A stretch of DNA of 64,000 nucleotides from the human T2T-CHM13v2.0 reference genome, Homo sapiens, in the NCBI RefSeq assembly GCF_009914755.1, contig NC_060932.1; one strand, 5' to 3'. This document shows positions 1 through 14,360 of the stretch, piece after piece (position 1 is the stretch's first letter; each line of letters starts with the position of its first letter). The position numbers and the translations under genes were made by a program. The notes beneath the pieces are model-generated. The model searched no databases and had not been told where the DNA came from. It was given only the letters and a program-made list of their open reading frames with translations.

Positions 1-259
<259 letters not shown>

Positions 260-344
260 TTAGTTATGATTTATATTTAATATGCTAGTTATAATTTAGG
301 GAGTTTTATTTCCTTTTTTTTGATTGTTTTTGGGGTGTGGGTAA

Positions 345-520
345 GAACTTGTACTCAGGGTTTGAATCCTAGCTTCCATACATACTAATTATGTAACTTT
401 AGGGAAGTTATTTACAGTTGAGATAATAATAGTATTATAGTAGTACCTCCTGGAATTGTCATAAAGATCAAATGAGATTATACATCTAACATGTTTAACA
501 GTGTCTGTACAACAATCTTT
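345..520 (+). mobile_element. MIR fragment
   Basis: GGGTTTGAATCCTAGCTT...GTAACTTTAGGGAAGTTATTTA...TTGAGATAATAATAGTA resembles the MIR core. Confidence 0.6.
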
Positions 521-599
521 TTAGTTAATATTACCTATTATGATTATATATAAATATATTTATGGGGTTTTCTTTCCCTAACTTACCCTTTTATTTTAG

Positions 600-658
600 T
601 CTCTATGAAGAAGCTGCAGAAAATTTGCATCAGCTGTCAGACAAGCTTCCTGCTCCTG
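600..658 (+). CDS. MTBP: MTBP exon 5 (59 nt; (D)[19 protein letters not shown](G))
   Basis: ttattttag|T...CCTG|gtaata; CCCTAAC branch-like motif upstream; phases 2/1. Confidence 0.93.
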
Positions 659-2187
659 GTAATATTTTATGACTGCTTTCAATAATTTGTATCTTATCTT
701 ATTACACTTTATGAATAAATGATAAATTTGTTCTTTATGTTAGTGTTCTCACTCTAATCTTTAAATTAAAAAATGCAAAACAATTTTTAATTGAAGTTGA
801 TACAGAATGTATCCATGGGAGTACATTACCGAGATGTAGCAGTTCTTTTCATTGTTTTCATTTAGTTAGGCAAAAATTAGAACTTTGGACATTAAATAAC
901 TATCTCTGTTTCTTTAGTTATTGCTGAAGAAGAATCTTCCTGCTACAGACTGTTGCTTTTCAGAGTATGTTCTATAGAAGACTAATCCTATAAACAGCTC
1001 TTTAAAAAGGAGATTATTTAGCCTTGATGATTTGGATAACATTCTTTTATGGTGAAGTTACTATATGCATTGTCAAATGGAATGTCATACCATAAAAGAA
1101 AGTGTTTCCTCAGCATTTTTTTATAGAACCTATTTTTTTCCCCATAGTGGAAAGAATACGTGTGACATACTGTATCATAATATTCCTAAAACTGGTTTTT
1201 TTCTTTTTTCCTTTGTGTTAATCAAGTAGCTGTCATCTAATATTTGGTACAGTTGGTATCCGCAAATACTTTGAAGAGTATTCTTTTCTGAATGCTTTAT
1301 TGAAGGTCATTAGTAAGTAAATATTTGTACTAGGAGCCAAGTGTACCATGATGAATAAAGCATCTGTGATTAACATAAAGGAGCTTTTAGCTTATAGTCA
1401 GCCAGATCTCTATATTCAAGGAGATCATATATTAGTACAAAAAGCCCCACATAGAAAAATAACTGAATGAGTTGACAAACGTATCAACTTTTAAAATGAA
1501 ATGTGTTGAGGTCAAAGTATGCACTGAAATATTACATAGTTGTTTTGGCAAATTAGAATACTTTCATTATCAAATTTATCTCCAGTTTGTTTCATTTTGA
1601 TTTTTGTAGTCCTTCAGGAAATGTATAATTTTATAAAATTTAAAGTTTTGTGAAGTTATTTTTTCTCAGGATCCAATGATGATGTCAGTATAATTGGTTT
1701 TCAGAGTGTTTTATTGTCCTTTATAAAAGAGACATCATTTATTTGAACATTACAGTTTTGCACTTATTCATTCTCTTTTGGATAACAAAATTATGTTTAG
1801 AAAAATATAATGAAATTGCACAGGTTTTTTTTTTCTCTGTTGAGTACAATAGCATTGATGATCATGAGAGTGATGTGTGTAATTAACCACTGCTGCAGAA
1901 TTGGCAAGTAATTATGATATAGTTTATTGTTTTCTAGTATATGCTAGCTATTTCAAGATAACATGGCTTTCAATAAATGATGAACATTTAAAAAGTTTGA
2001 ATTCCTAAGGGCGTATATTGTTTTGGAGAATTTCAGAAATTAAAACTAAAAGCTTCCTTTGTCTTCTAAATAAATATAAAACTAATTTTTCTAAATAAAC
2101 ATAAAATTCAGTTCTTCAGGGTACTATTTTGAGACATTTCAGATCTAACTTTTTAAAAATTACAAAAATGCCTTTTTCTCTTTCTAG

Positions 2188-2332
2188 GTAGAGCAATGGT
2201 AGATATAATACTGTTGCTTTCTGACAAAGATCCTCCTAAATTGAAAGACTATTTACCTACTGTAGGAGCATTAAAACATTTGAGAGAATGGTATTCAGCA
2301 AAGATCACTATAGCAGGAAATCATTGTGAAAT
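2188..2332 (+). CDS. MTBP: MTBP exon 6 (145 nt; [47 protein letters not shown](I))
   Basis: tttctag|GTAGA...GAAAT|gtaagc; frame continuous with neighbours. Confidence 0.95.
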
Positions 2333-3305
2333 GTAAGCTTCTTTGTTCATATTTGATTATTGTCTGCCTTGTCTGTTTTCACAATTAACATACTATTCTC
2401 TTTTCAGACTCAGCGTTTGAAAATTATTTTAATATGACAACATAAAATTCTATGTTATACCATGATTGCAAATTTGTGTATTGAGAAGAATCTAGATGTT
2501 TCATATTTTATATTTATGTTTCTGAGATATTTAAGTTTTTAGTAAATATTATTGATGCTGTTTTACAACCATTATTGAGGATTAATTCCATAAGCACACT
2601 GTGTGCTTTTGAACATAGATACACTGGATTTGTCATGTTGTATTTGGTTTTCTGTTATGTGCCAATGTAGGAATAAATATACACTGTTGTGTTTTATGAT
2701 ATTTTAGCAAGGATTAATTGTATATTACAATTTTGATCCTTAAACATTCAGTTGGATTTAATAACTTCATGATTTGTTTTCATTCAACGAATGTTTATTG
2801 AGCAATACCTTTATGGCAAGCATAGCAATAGATGCTTGTAAGTTAAGAAAGTGAGAAGACATGATCTTTTTCATTGAAGTGCAGGGAGAAACAGGAATGC
2901 TAACAGTCAAGAAAGTCTGTGGTAAGTGCGTTACAGAATTCCATGCAAAGATGTATGGGAACAATATAGGAGAGCAGTTCTCTTTTTGAAGATAAGGAAG
3001 TGACATTGTGCCTGTGTGTGTGTTTATGTACATCTGACACCTTTAAGCCAATAGTAAGAGGAAAGTCTATTTCTTCATCCTTAGTACTAAAGATAATTAC
3101 TCTAAATTTGTGAGGATGTTGGGACTAAATGAACATGTGTCAGCAATGCACTTAGAGACTGACTTAATGGGTGTTTCATATTAATAGGAAAAATACAGCA
3201 ATATAAATTTTGCAATTTTGCCTCTTAGGCTTGTAGTTAACTATAATGATTAAATCAGTGAAATATAAAACCCTGTGTTTAATTGTTGTAATCTTTTTTT
3301 TATAG

Positions 3306-3423
3306 AAACTGTCAGAAAATTGCAGAATACCTTTCTGCTAATGTTGTATCTTTAGAAGATCTCAGAAATGTTATTGACTCAAAGGAATTATGGAGGGGGA
3401 AAATACAGATATGGGAAAGAAAG
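3306..3423 (+). CDS. MTBP: MTBP exon 7 (118 nt; [39 protein letters not shown])
   Basis: ttttatag|AAAC...AAAG|gtaaat. Confidence 0.95.
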
Positions 3424-3524
3424 GTAAATGGATTATTCACAGTTTGCCAAGTAGGCCTTTCAATTTTATTTACAACACAGATATTTAAATAAATCTTAAT
3501 GAAAATGTACCTTATAAAGATATT

Positions 3525-3700
3525 CTAGAATAGCACTAAGTAGAACTTTCTGCAATAATTAAATGTTCTATATCTGTGCTAATACACTAGCCTACAAACC
3601 ACTTATTGCTACTGAGCACTTTATATGTGAGTAGTTCCACCAATGAACTGAATTTTTATTTGATTTTAATTAACTTTAATTTAATCACATAATAATGTGA
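3525..3700. mobile_element. MER3-like hAT DNA transposon remnant
   Basis: AGAACTTTCTGCAATAAT...ATGTTCTATATCTGTGCT...TGAACTGAATTTTTATTT resembles MER3 (from recall). Confidence 0.6.
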
Positions 3701-4391
3701 TTATATTCAAGTGCTGTTTCCAGAATGTAATGTTCTTTTAAAATATAGAATTTTTAATCGAGTTCATGTTGTTTATCCAAACTGCTTTATTTTATTGCAT
3801 GTGTAAACTACTAGAAAAAACTACTTAGAGCATATTGTCTTCCCATAATACTACCTTAGGTGATCTTTGCTGTTTATTAACCAGCCCTCAGATTTTGAAC
3901 AAATTTTTTTAACCTTACTGGACCCCAGATTTCTCAATTATAAGATGAGAATGTTGTATTAGGTGGACTCTTCTAATCCTGAATTTCTATGAAATTTCTA
4001 TTTCATTTTGACGTCTCTTACTATGAAAGAATGTTTGTGGGTTTTGTAAGTTATGTCCATTTTGAAATAAGTGTTCATAGTAATTTATGTATTTTTGTAG
4101 ATAGGCAAAACTAAACTAAGAAAGTTTCTTAATGTTTATTTAGGGTAGCATGGGAGCATGAGTAGACTTTTGAGTTCCTCTAAAGTTTTGTTACACTAAT
4201 TACTAGAAATTTTTCTTCCTTTTTAATTCACCCTTAATAATGGTTTAATAAAATCTCTGATTAGACAACAGGAATCAATGTGGCTGGGTTTGTCTTGTTG
4301 ATTTGCATGTTTGCTCATCCTAATCTCAGACAGGTTAAATCTGCAGGTGAACTTTCTCTGCAAATGTTTTAGTATAAAGAAATCCCACATA

Positions 4392-4726
4392 GGCTGGGCG
4401 CAGTGGGTGGCTCACGCCTATAATCTCAGCACTTTGGGAGGCCAAGGCGGGCAGATCACGAGGTCAGGAGATCGAGACCATCCTGGCTAACACGGTAAAA
4501 CCTCGTCTCTACTAAAAATGTAAAAAATTAGCCGGGCGTGGTGGCAGGTGCCTGTAGTCCCAGCTACTCAAGAGGCTGGGACTCTTGAGGCAGGAGAATG
4601 AGGCAGGAGAATGGTGTGAACCCGGGAGGCGGAGGTTTCAGTGAGCTGAGATCGCGCCACTGCACTCCAGCCTGCGTGACAGAGTGAGACTCCGTCTCAA
4701 AAAAAAAAAAAAAAACCCAAAAAAAC
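4392..4726 (+). mobile_element. AluY-like with internal rearrangement
   Basis: GATCACGAGGTCAGGAGATCGAGACCATCCTGGCTAACACG diagnostic; TSD core CCCACATAG on both sides. Confidence 0.93.
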
Positions 4727-5310
4727 CCCACATAGCCAAGTGGAAGAGTGGAAGATACAGTTTGCTAGAATTGCTTTTGTATGTTTTCTGAAACTGCATG
4801 CTTACATACAGAGAGATAATGGCAGAGTTCTTTTCATGTGATTCTTTTATTCTCTTGAATAGGAAATTAAATGTTCGTATCTCCACTGGATGCATTTAAA
4901 ACTTGAAATCACTTTTTTTGGTAGAGAACAGCTTTTTAGTCAAGAGGCATCATGGTGATTAAGGACATAGATTCTAGAGTTATATTGCCTACAATCAAAT
5001 CCCAACTCTTTTTTCTTTCTAGTTTAACGTAGCATGTTGTGCAACACTTAGCCTCTTGGTGCTGCAGTTGTCTTCATCTGTAAGATGATGATAATAGTTC
5101 CTATCGCATAGATTTTTGTGAGAATTAAATTATTTAAAGCACAGAGTAACCACTCAGTAAGCATTAGCTATCACTGTTGTTGTGCCTACCATTACTATTA
5201 TTAGCATCCTTACTATTACTACTTCTGCAGCAATTGATCTTATCAGCAACATTTATCAAAGACAAACTATGTGAGACACTGTGCTAAGGATCTAGTAAAG
5301 AATAAGATAG

Positions 5311-5616
<306 letters not shown>

Positions 5617-5966
5617 GGAACAAGACAGACAGCTTCTGTCTTTGCATAACTTACAGACTGGTAGGAAGCCAGATATTGAACAATGCAAAAGAGGTTGTTT
5701 GGTCCTGTGGCTGCATAGAATGAGCTTAACATACTCTTGCCAGCTGGTGAAGGACCAACGAGAGCTTTTCATGAAAACCTGAAAAATTGATGTCTAAGTT
5801 AAAACAGGATGTGTACCTAAATGTGAGAAGCACACTTTTGAGCTGAGGAATCAAAAATAAATTTATACATGGGTTTCCCCTCAACTTTTACATTGTAATA
5901 AGATGTATTAATCTTTATAGCATTATTCATGATACTTGTAACTGTGTTTTCTTGGTCTCTTTTCAG

Positions 5967-6101
5967 TTTGGATTTGAAATTAGTTTTCCTGAATTTTGTT
6001 TAAAGGGAGTCACACTTAAGAATTTTAGTACTTCTAATTTAAATACTGACTTCCTTGCCAAAAAGATCATACCATCAAAGGATAAGAATATTTTGCCAAA
6101 G
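5967..6101 (+). CDS. MTBP: MTBP exon 8 (135 nt; [45 protein letters not shown])
   Basis: ttttcag|TTT...AAG|gtaatc; phase 0/0. Confidence 0.95.
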
Positions 6102-7912
6102 GTAATCGTGTTTAATTTTTTTGTGTGATCATTCATGTGTATTTTTGTTCCTATAAAATATGTTTGAATCTTGACTTAATATTACTAATATATGTGCTTA
6201 AGTGTGCTCACTAGCATAATTTTTAATATAATTAAGTACTTAAGTTATACTATGTCATCAACATTAAATTTTGGTGAAAGTGTCATTGTTTTAGATGTTT
6301 AAAAAAATGTAATGCTACTAAATGTGTATAGTCCTGAAACCACCTTTGGTTTGGACTTTACTATGTGACCTTTCTAAGACTCAGTTTGGAGAGAATATGA
6401 CATAGAGAAAAGAGGATATGTTTTGATGTTAGGTAAACCTGGGTTTGGAACCTAACTGTGTCACCTATAAGTTGTTTATAACCTTGGGTAGATTGATTAA
6501 CTCATTTGTGAAGTGGAGGCAATAGTAACACACTTATCTTACAAAGTTATGAGGATTAAATGAGGTGAGAGTTTAATATGTGACATAGTACCTGACATAT
6601 GCTTAACTTATAGTGTAAGAAGTATCAGTTCTTGCCCTGTATCTCCTATACATTTATTCTTAAAATGCAAGTAATTATAAAATATAATAACTAGGAAAAG
6701 GCTTAGTTGGCTTTTTAACATTGGAAAAATAACCTAAGAAGAGATATTTATATGAAGGTACCTTAGAATTCACTTTAAAAGAACTAATTTAAGAACATGG
6801 AAAACAGTGGGCATGAAGTTAAAGGATGTCAAATTGATGGTTAATATTTTCTAATCAAAGGGTGGTACAAAAAGAGGGTATCATTTGATTTGAACTCATT
6901 TCTCAATATTTGTTTAGAATTGCTTACTTTAAGTAACTTACTATGGCCATCTTTCACAGGAATATTAAATTCTTTTCTAAAAATTAGAATCGTAAGATTC
7001 ATGACCTCAACTTTTCTTCAAGTATGAATAATGTGTCCAAATTTTTGCTACTGTTGAAGAGAATCTTAGGGTACAACTTCTTCAATAATGTAAAATTCAT
7101 ATTCTCTCTCTGTATATGTATAGACACACACACTGTATAAACACATATGTTTATGATTATAGATATATATACACTTAATCATGTATGGTGAAATTACTCT
7201 GCTTTTTACAAGTCTAAAACTTTGTGTAACCTCTTCAAGAAGTGTGCTCTTTTCTTTGCCTTTCATGTGAAGCACCGTGGCTCCAACTACTGAAATAGCC
7301 TCCCTTCAGTAACAAACTCTAATTTGGTTTTAGGCTTTACCCAAGAAATACAGTACCGAAATTTTATTTTTTCTGAATGGAGCTTTCTATGTTAATTAGC
7401 ACATGCTGGCTTCACTATCTCTCTCTGTAATTTATTTAGTCTTTTCACTAGAATTTTTTTTTTCTAAATGTCAGTGTACCACTCAGCCTAAGTTCATCCT
7501 GGAGTGTCTTTTCTTTCACTTTTTTAGTCTGCAGATTCCACCTGCAGAGGTAGGTTGCTAATTTGTTTCTTCAACACTATAGCCTATTGTATCACCTGTC
7601 TGTCTCGTTGAAGATAAACAGCAAAAGTTGAGAACGCTTGTCCTCTGTTGCTTACCTCTTCCCATACTTATTTTCTCCTGTGAAAGCTCTTCCTGGTTAC
7701 TAAGTGATCTCCATGTCTGTTTCTGTACCCTGAAAGGTAGAATTGAAATTGAAGAAATTCTGGTCTGCTATAGAGGATTAAATGCTAGGCATGCTTAATG
7801 TGTAAAAAGTTGCTTTTTAAGATCCATTTTAAAGTTTTAAACCCTTAATCACTAATTTGTTTACTTTTGTTTATGGTATTTAAATATTACACAATTTTAA
7901 TTTCTTTTCTAG

Positions 7913-8007
7913 GTTTTCCATTATTATGGCCCTGCTTTAGAATTTGTGCAGATGATAAAATTATCAGATCTACCCTCCTGCTATATGTCGGATATTGAAT
8001 TTGAGTT
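7913..8007 (+). CDS. MTBP: MTBP exon 9 (95 nt; [31 protein letters not shown](L)); carries the Treslin/TICRR-binding residues
   Basis: ttttctag|GTT...GAGTT|gtatccttt; ends at a U12-type donor; TT+A restores Leu with exon 10. Confidence 0.93.
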
Positions 8008-10443
8008 GTATCCTTTCATTTACATGTTCATTTTAGATTACATTTTCTGTGTCAGGTAGAATGTTCTGGTATTGTCAGGTAAATATACATGTTAGGTATA
8101 TCTTTTTCATTATATTCACTGTTTTAATGTTGATGTTCAAGTAGGCTGCTGGACTCCTTATTTTTGGAGTTGCTGGGGAAGGAAGTTCTTGCTTTTCCCA
8201 CCACCTGGATCCTATACCTATTTTATCAGAAATCTTCCTCCCTATGCAAGCATCTTTATTTTTGTTCAGTATTGTTGAGACTTTTCTATGGATAGGGCTA
8301 TGGAAATAATACAGAAGTGATTGAGCCTTGCTTCTTTAATGCAATTATAATGTTCTCTGCTTGAGCACAGGACTGATCTACTCTCACACCTAGCCTAGCA
8401 TTAACTGCAACTTTGTCCTTCCCACCCACTGCCCAGACACCACCACGTATATATTTTATGTGCTTTTGTTAACTTTACTATTATTTTTTATAGTTTTAAT
8501 GCTTTTTGGAAATAATTTCCCTTTTCCTGAAATCCAGGAATACATCTCCATGACTTCTGTGTTTTACTCAATATGTTTCTGCTGAAGAAGTCTGTAACTG
8601 CAATATATCATAGCATAGAGTAAGCACTCAATATTGTCAGATGAATGACTTTGGATTATGTCAGCCTAAATCAAAATACTCATTATTTTCTTATTGAAAG
8701 TTCTTTGCTGCAGAAAAGATAACATATACAAAGGTGTAGGAGAACGTTACCCAGCTGAGAACTGTTTGTAGTCTAGAATCATTAAAGAGTAGTGGTTTTT
8801 TGGCTTGGGGGTGTTGAGGGCAGTTGCTAAGTGATCAGATTGGAGAGCCTTTTCAGATTAATCAGGTCCTAAAAGACCTTACGTATCATGATTGGGGTTA
8901 AATTCTATCCTAAAGATAATGAGGAATCATACAAGGATTATAAGCCAGACATAGCTTAATGAAAAGTAAATTTTAGATCATGCTGGTAGGATTTTGGAAA
9001 CCTGAGCAAAGCTCGAACTAAACAAGTGGCATTTGGAATGGAGAGCCAGGAAAAGTACACGATGTGTTAAAGATGTAAAATCAACACGGTATTATGATTT
9101 ATTTATTACATGCGGAGAAAGTGAGAAGGCCAGAGAGTGTAGTTGATTCCCTATGTTGAAACTGGTGTCACTAGTTGAGATAACATGAGGTGAGCCATTT
9201 TCGCAGAGGAAAAGGAATTCAGGTTCGGGTAGTTGGAGTGGTAATGTACATTGTAGTAAAAAGCATAATAGGTAGTTTAAAAAATTTTTTATCCATTATA
9301 CATTACTGTTGAGAACCATTTAGCCAGCATGCTACCTGGCAGTATAACTAGACGTTACTTTCAGATATAATCTATTATTAATACTTCTTTTCTCTGTCCT
9401 CATCTGTTAGCAGCTTGTAGGTCAGAAGCTATTTGATGTTTTTATCTTATATTAGATTCTTGTCTTAGACCAATGGTTTTCAAACTATCTTCCAAGGAAA
9501 GTCGAGGACTGAGTTCTTCAGATAATGGGATTGAAAGATAAGTTGAGTGGGCATGGCTCTTGGCCCCCTCCTACTGCAACCAGAGCAGCACCTGTTCTAC
9601 CCTAAATATTGGGTTTCCAGATAAAATGTCACTTGCAAAAAGTTGCTGCATTAAAAAGGTTTGCAAAGTGCACTGTAAACTGTTTTCATGGTACCACCCA
9701 ACACTTAGATGTTTGGCCGTGTTTTTACATAATATTCAGTATACTTTTTGCTACCATTATGTTAAGAAAAGTTCTACAACTTGAAAAAAAAAATCTTCCC
9801 TCAAATACTGTATTTATGCTTTTAGAATAGGCAGAGGACTTCCTGGTATATGGTGTAGAGAGGAGGGAGAAATGTTAGGAATCTGTGGAAAATAAAACAA
9901 GTAATTTATAAACTTAAAAAATGTTTAAATGTTTCTCCTGCCATCAGCATGAAGAAACCTAAGAATCAGTCAGCTGATGTATCATTTTATGTATTTAAGT
10001 ATATATAAATGGTATCACATGTATCTGCAAATATATTCAACATATTTTAAACTCTCTTTTAAAAATATATAAGCATGTTTAGAAATACACCTAAGAACAG
10101 AACATTTTATATAAAAAGAAATTGTTATTGGCTGGAAATGAAACACTAGCATAGTGTTTTTGAATTTTTATTTAGGAGCTACAGTTTTTATAAATTTCTT
10201 GTTCTTATAGTTTATAGTAATGCTCTATATAGTAGCACTGTTTCTTAGCATATTTTCAGAATCAAACAAATAATTGGAAAAATACTTATCCTTAGGGAAA
10301 GGCGTAATTGTTAACTGCTACAGTTAAATTTTTTAATAGATGAATTTAAGCAACTGTGGAAGAATTGAAATAATGAAACTTATTTTAAGGAGTACATTGT
10401 TTCATGGGTACCATTACATCATTTCTTTAACTCCTTAGTACAG
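8008..10443 (+). other. MTBP: U12-type (minor spliceosome) GT-AG intron
   Basis: 5' GTATCCTTT matches the U12 donor consensus RTATCCTTT; TTCTTTAAC (10423-10431) is one mismatch from TTCCTTAAC and ends 12 nt before the intron end. Confidence 0.92.
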
Positions 10444-10513
10444 AGGATTGACAAACAGTACCAAACAGAATTCTGTGTTGCTGTTGGAGCAGATTTCTTC
10501 TCTGTGTAGCAAG
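10444..10513 (+). CDS. MTBP: MTBP exon 10 (70 nt; GLTNSTKQNSVLLLEQISSLCSK)
   Basis: tacag|AGGA...AAG|gtattg. Confidence 0.93.
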
Positions 10514-12369
10514 GTATTGAGGGTTTCTTGGGGGTTTTTTGTTTGTTTGTTTTTATACTTGCCATTTAAGGATGTGTAAGAAAAGGGAATGTAACTTATT
10601 AATCTGTTTGCTTGATGACTTGGTTTCTTTAATGTAATATAGGATAATTTTGGTCCTAACTCATATTAAGATACTTTGGACTTTTCATAATAACTGTAAA
10701 AGTACTCTGCAAACATAAGTGACATTTTGTTTTTAGGAGATATTTTCAGAAATAAGCTTTATGACTGGTAATTGCTTTAAAGTTTTAAAATTTTATAACA
10801 TGTTATTGTTAACCTACTTCTTCAACATGCGATTTCAATTTTATGAGAAGACATTCATATACTTGCATTCTTTTTCTCATTGTAGGGCAGGGGATGAAAG
10901 TGGAAAAAGCTAAAGTTCTACTAAATTGTCATTTGGGAGTTTTCAATTTTTCTTTCTAAATTCTGATGATGTTTAGGAGATTTATGGCTACTTTAACAGT
11001 TATTTTGTATATATAATGATGTAAAATTGGTATATTTTTAACTTTAAAAAAATTACAATATAAAGAATTTTAAGTGGACTCATCTATTTGAAATCAAATT
11101 CAGTTTCTAATAGGAAAAAGTGAAAGTTTGCTTTTTTTCTAGTTATTTATTCAACTGTTATGTTTCTGTGAAAACAATTTTTAATGCACAAAATCTTTAT
11201 TGGCAGTACTTACATTACATTTTCTTATTGTTTTAATAACAAGTAGACTAGCAAATAGTCCTGCAGGGAGAAAGTGATTATTATAATTATAACAGTTTCC
11301 CTATGGTGCTAAAATCAAGTCTTGGTTATAATTCCTATAGAAAATCGATATAGTAAAGGAAAAATGATTTTGACCTTAAGATGTATATTTGACTATATAG
11401 TAACTTAAAATTTTGGCTTCTGGCCTCTTTTTCCATAAATTTAATAGTCCTTTGAATAGGACGACAAAGTATTTATTTGATGAAGTGGCCTTTACCAATA
11501 TTAACCTGGCTTTCATCCTCTAAGAATAACTAATTTACTAAATTTTGAAATTTTAAAATTTATCTTTTATCATTTATCCAACATATATTCTACTGTGTAT
11601 GAGGTACTATACTAGATTTCGGGAACCCAGTAATGAAGTGTACAGAAGAAGCTTCTGTATTTGTGGAACTTACATTTTAGGGGACCAACAGAAAATAAAT
11701 AACTGCAGACATAATAAGAATTATGAAGAAATAAACAGCCTGAGATAGGGAATAAGTCAAGAGACCCTACTTTAGATAGAGATTAATAAGGCCATACATT
11801 TCTCCAAACTATTTGCAGAGACAGCTTATGAATTAGTATATATTTTTTAAGTGCACTGAGAATAAAAAATACCCTGCTTCTATTTTAATCCAGGTAGCCA
11901 AGTAGCTCTCTGTATATCCCTGTCCAGTCACCTAATTTTTTGGAGATGCTTCCTTGTATGGATTGAGAAAATTATTATTTATCATTAATTATCTATATTG
12001 CCAAATAAGGGAGGAAAGGAATATAGATGGTATAGTAGAAAGTCTTAAATAGAAGAGCATGTTTTTTAGAAAACTTGACTTTAAGCCATAGCTATGCCAC
12101 TCACTGGCTTACAGCTCTTAATATTGTAAACTGGAAATAATAATCCCTCTGTTACCTATTTCAGAGTTGTAATAAAAACCAAATTGAAATGTATTTTATA
12201 AACTACCAAGTATGATATAAATGATGGTTGCTAACTAATTTTTTATTGTCTTTGAAGTTTATGTGGCCCAAATGATGGACACACATATGTGAAGCAGTTT
12301 CCTTAAAAGTATAAAGCGCTAGATATTAGATATTCTCTAAGTAATTTGAAGGTATGATGAAATTTATAG

Positions 12370-12606
<237 letters not shown>

Positions 12607-12951
12607 TGAGATCTGTACCTATAGTTTAACACAGGTGTAACATAAGCATTAGTCCATCTAGTTATTGAAGATAGGCAACACTAATCCTAGAAGCACCCTA
12701 AACTATTAATGTTTAATAATATATTTTCAGTTGTTTTGTTTTAAATTTGTTGTATTAGATTATCATTTTTTCTTCTCAAACCATGATTGTAAAATATTAC
12801 AACATACTTTATTAGTAAGAAATAGAGACTTTATAACTATGTTCCCAGTTCAATGCAGCAAAAGGGATTATTTTTGAAGCCATATATTATGTAACTTAGA
12901 AAACAAATCTAAATATGAAGTAATTTATTTTTCTTAAACATTGAGTTATGA

Positions 12952-13318
<367 letters not shown>

Positions 13319-13342
13319 TAGTGCTTTATAACTTGGGTTTCA

Positions 13343-13653
<311 letters not shown>

Positions 13654-14064
13654 TCATTTATTAAACAATTAATTTTTTTTAAAATGTTTTTACTGCTGCT
13701 ATCTGCCAGATGCTTGTTTGTAATATTGGATAGAATAAGATGGACAGGCCCTTTCTCAAGAAACTTTCATGGTGCTTAAATTCTGTTGCTTTGTGTGATC
13801 TTCAGTCAGCATCTTAGCTTAAACAAATTATTTATCTATGTAACTATGATTAGCCCCAGAATATAAGTAAAAACTTCTTGGAGTAAAGCTTATTTTACTA
13901 ATAATTAAGCTAGATTAGGAAAAGACAAGATAGGATTGTTAGGGAGTTATGATGTTCACTAATCTTCTGGCTGGGAAATATTTCTTCAAAGAGAGGAATT
14001 TGCAAGCTAGAAACATGATTTCCACAATGACTGCTTGTTGGAGAGGACCTACTGAAAAGATTTA

Positions 14065-14360
<296 letters not shown>

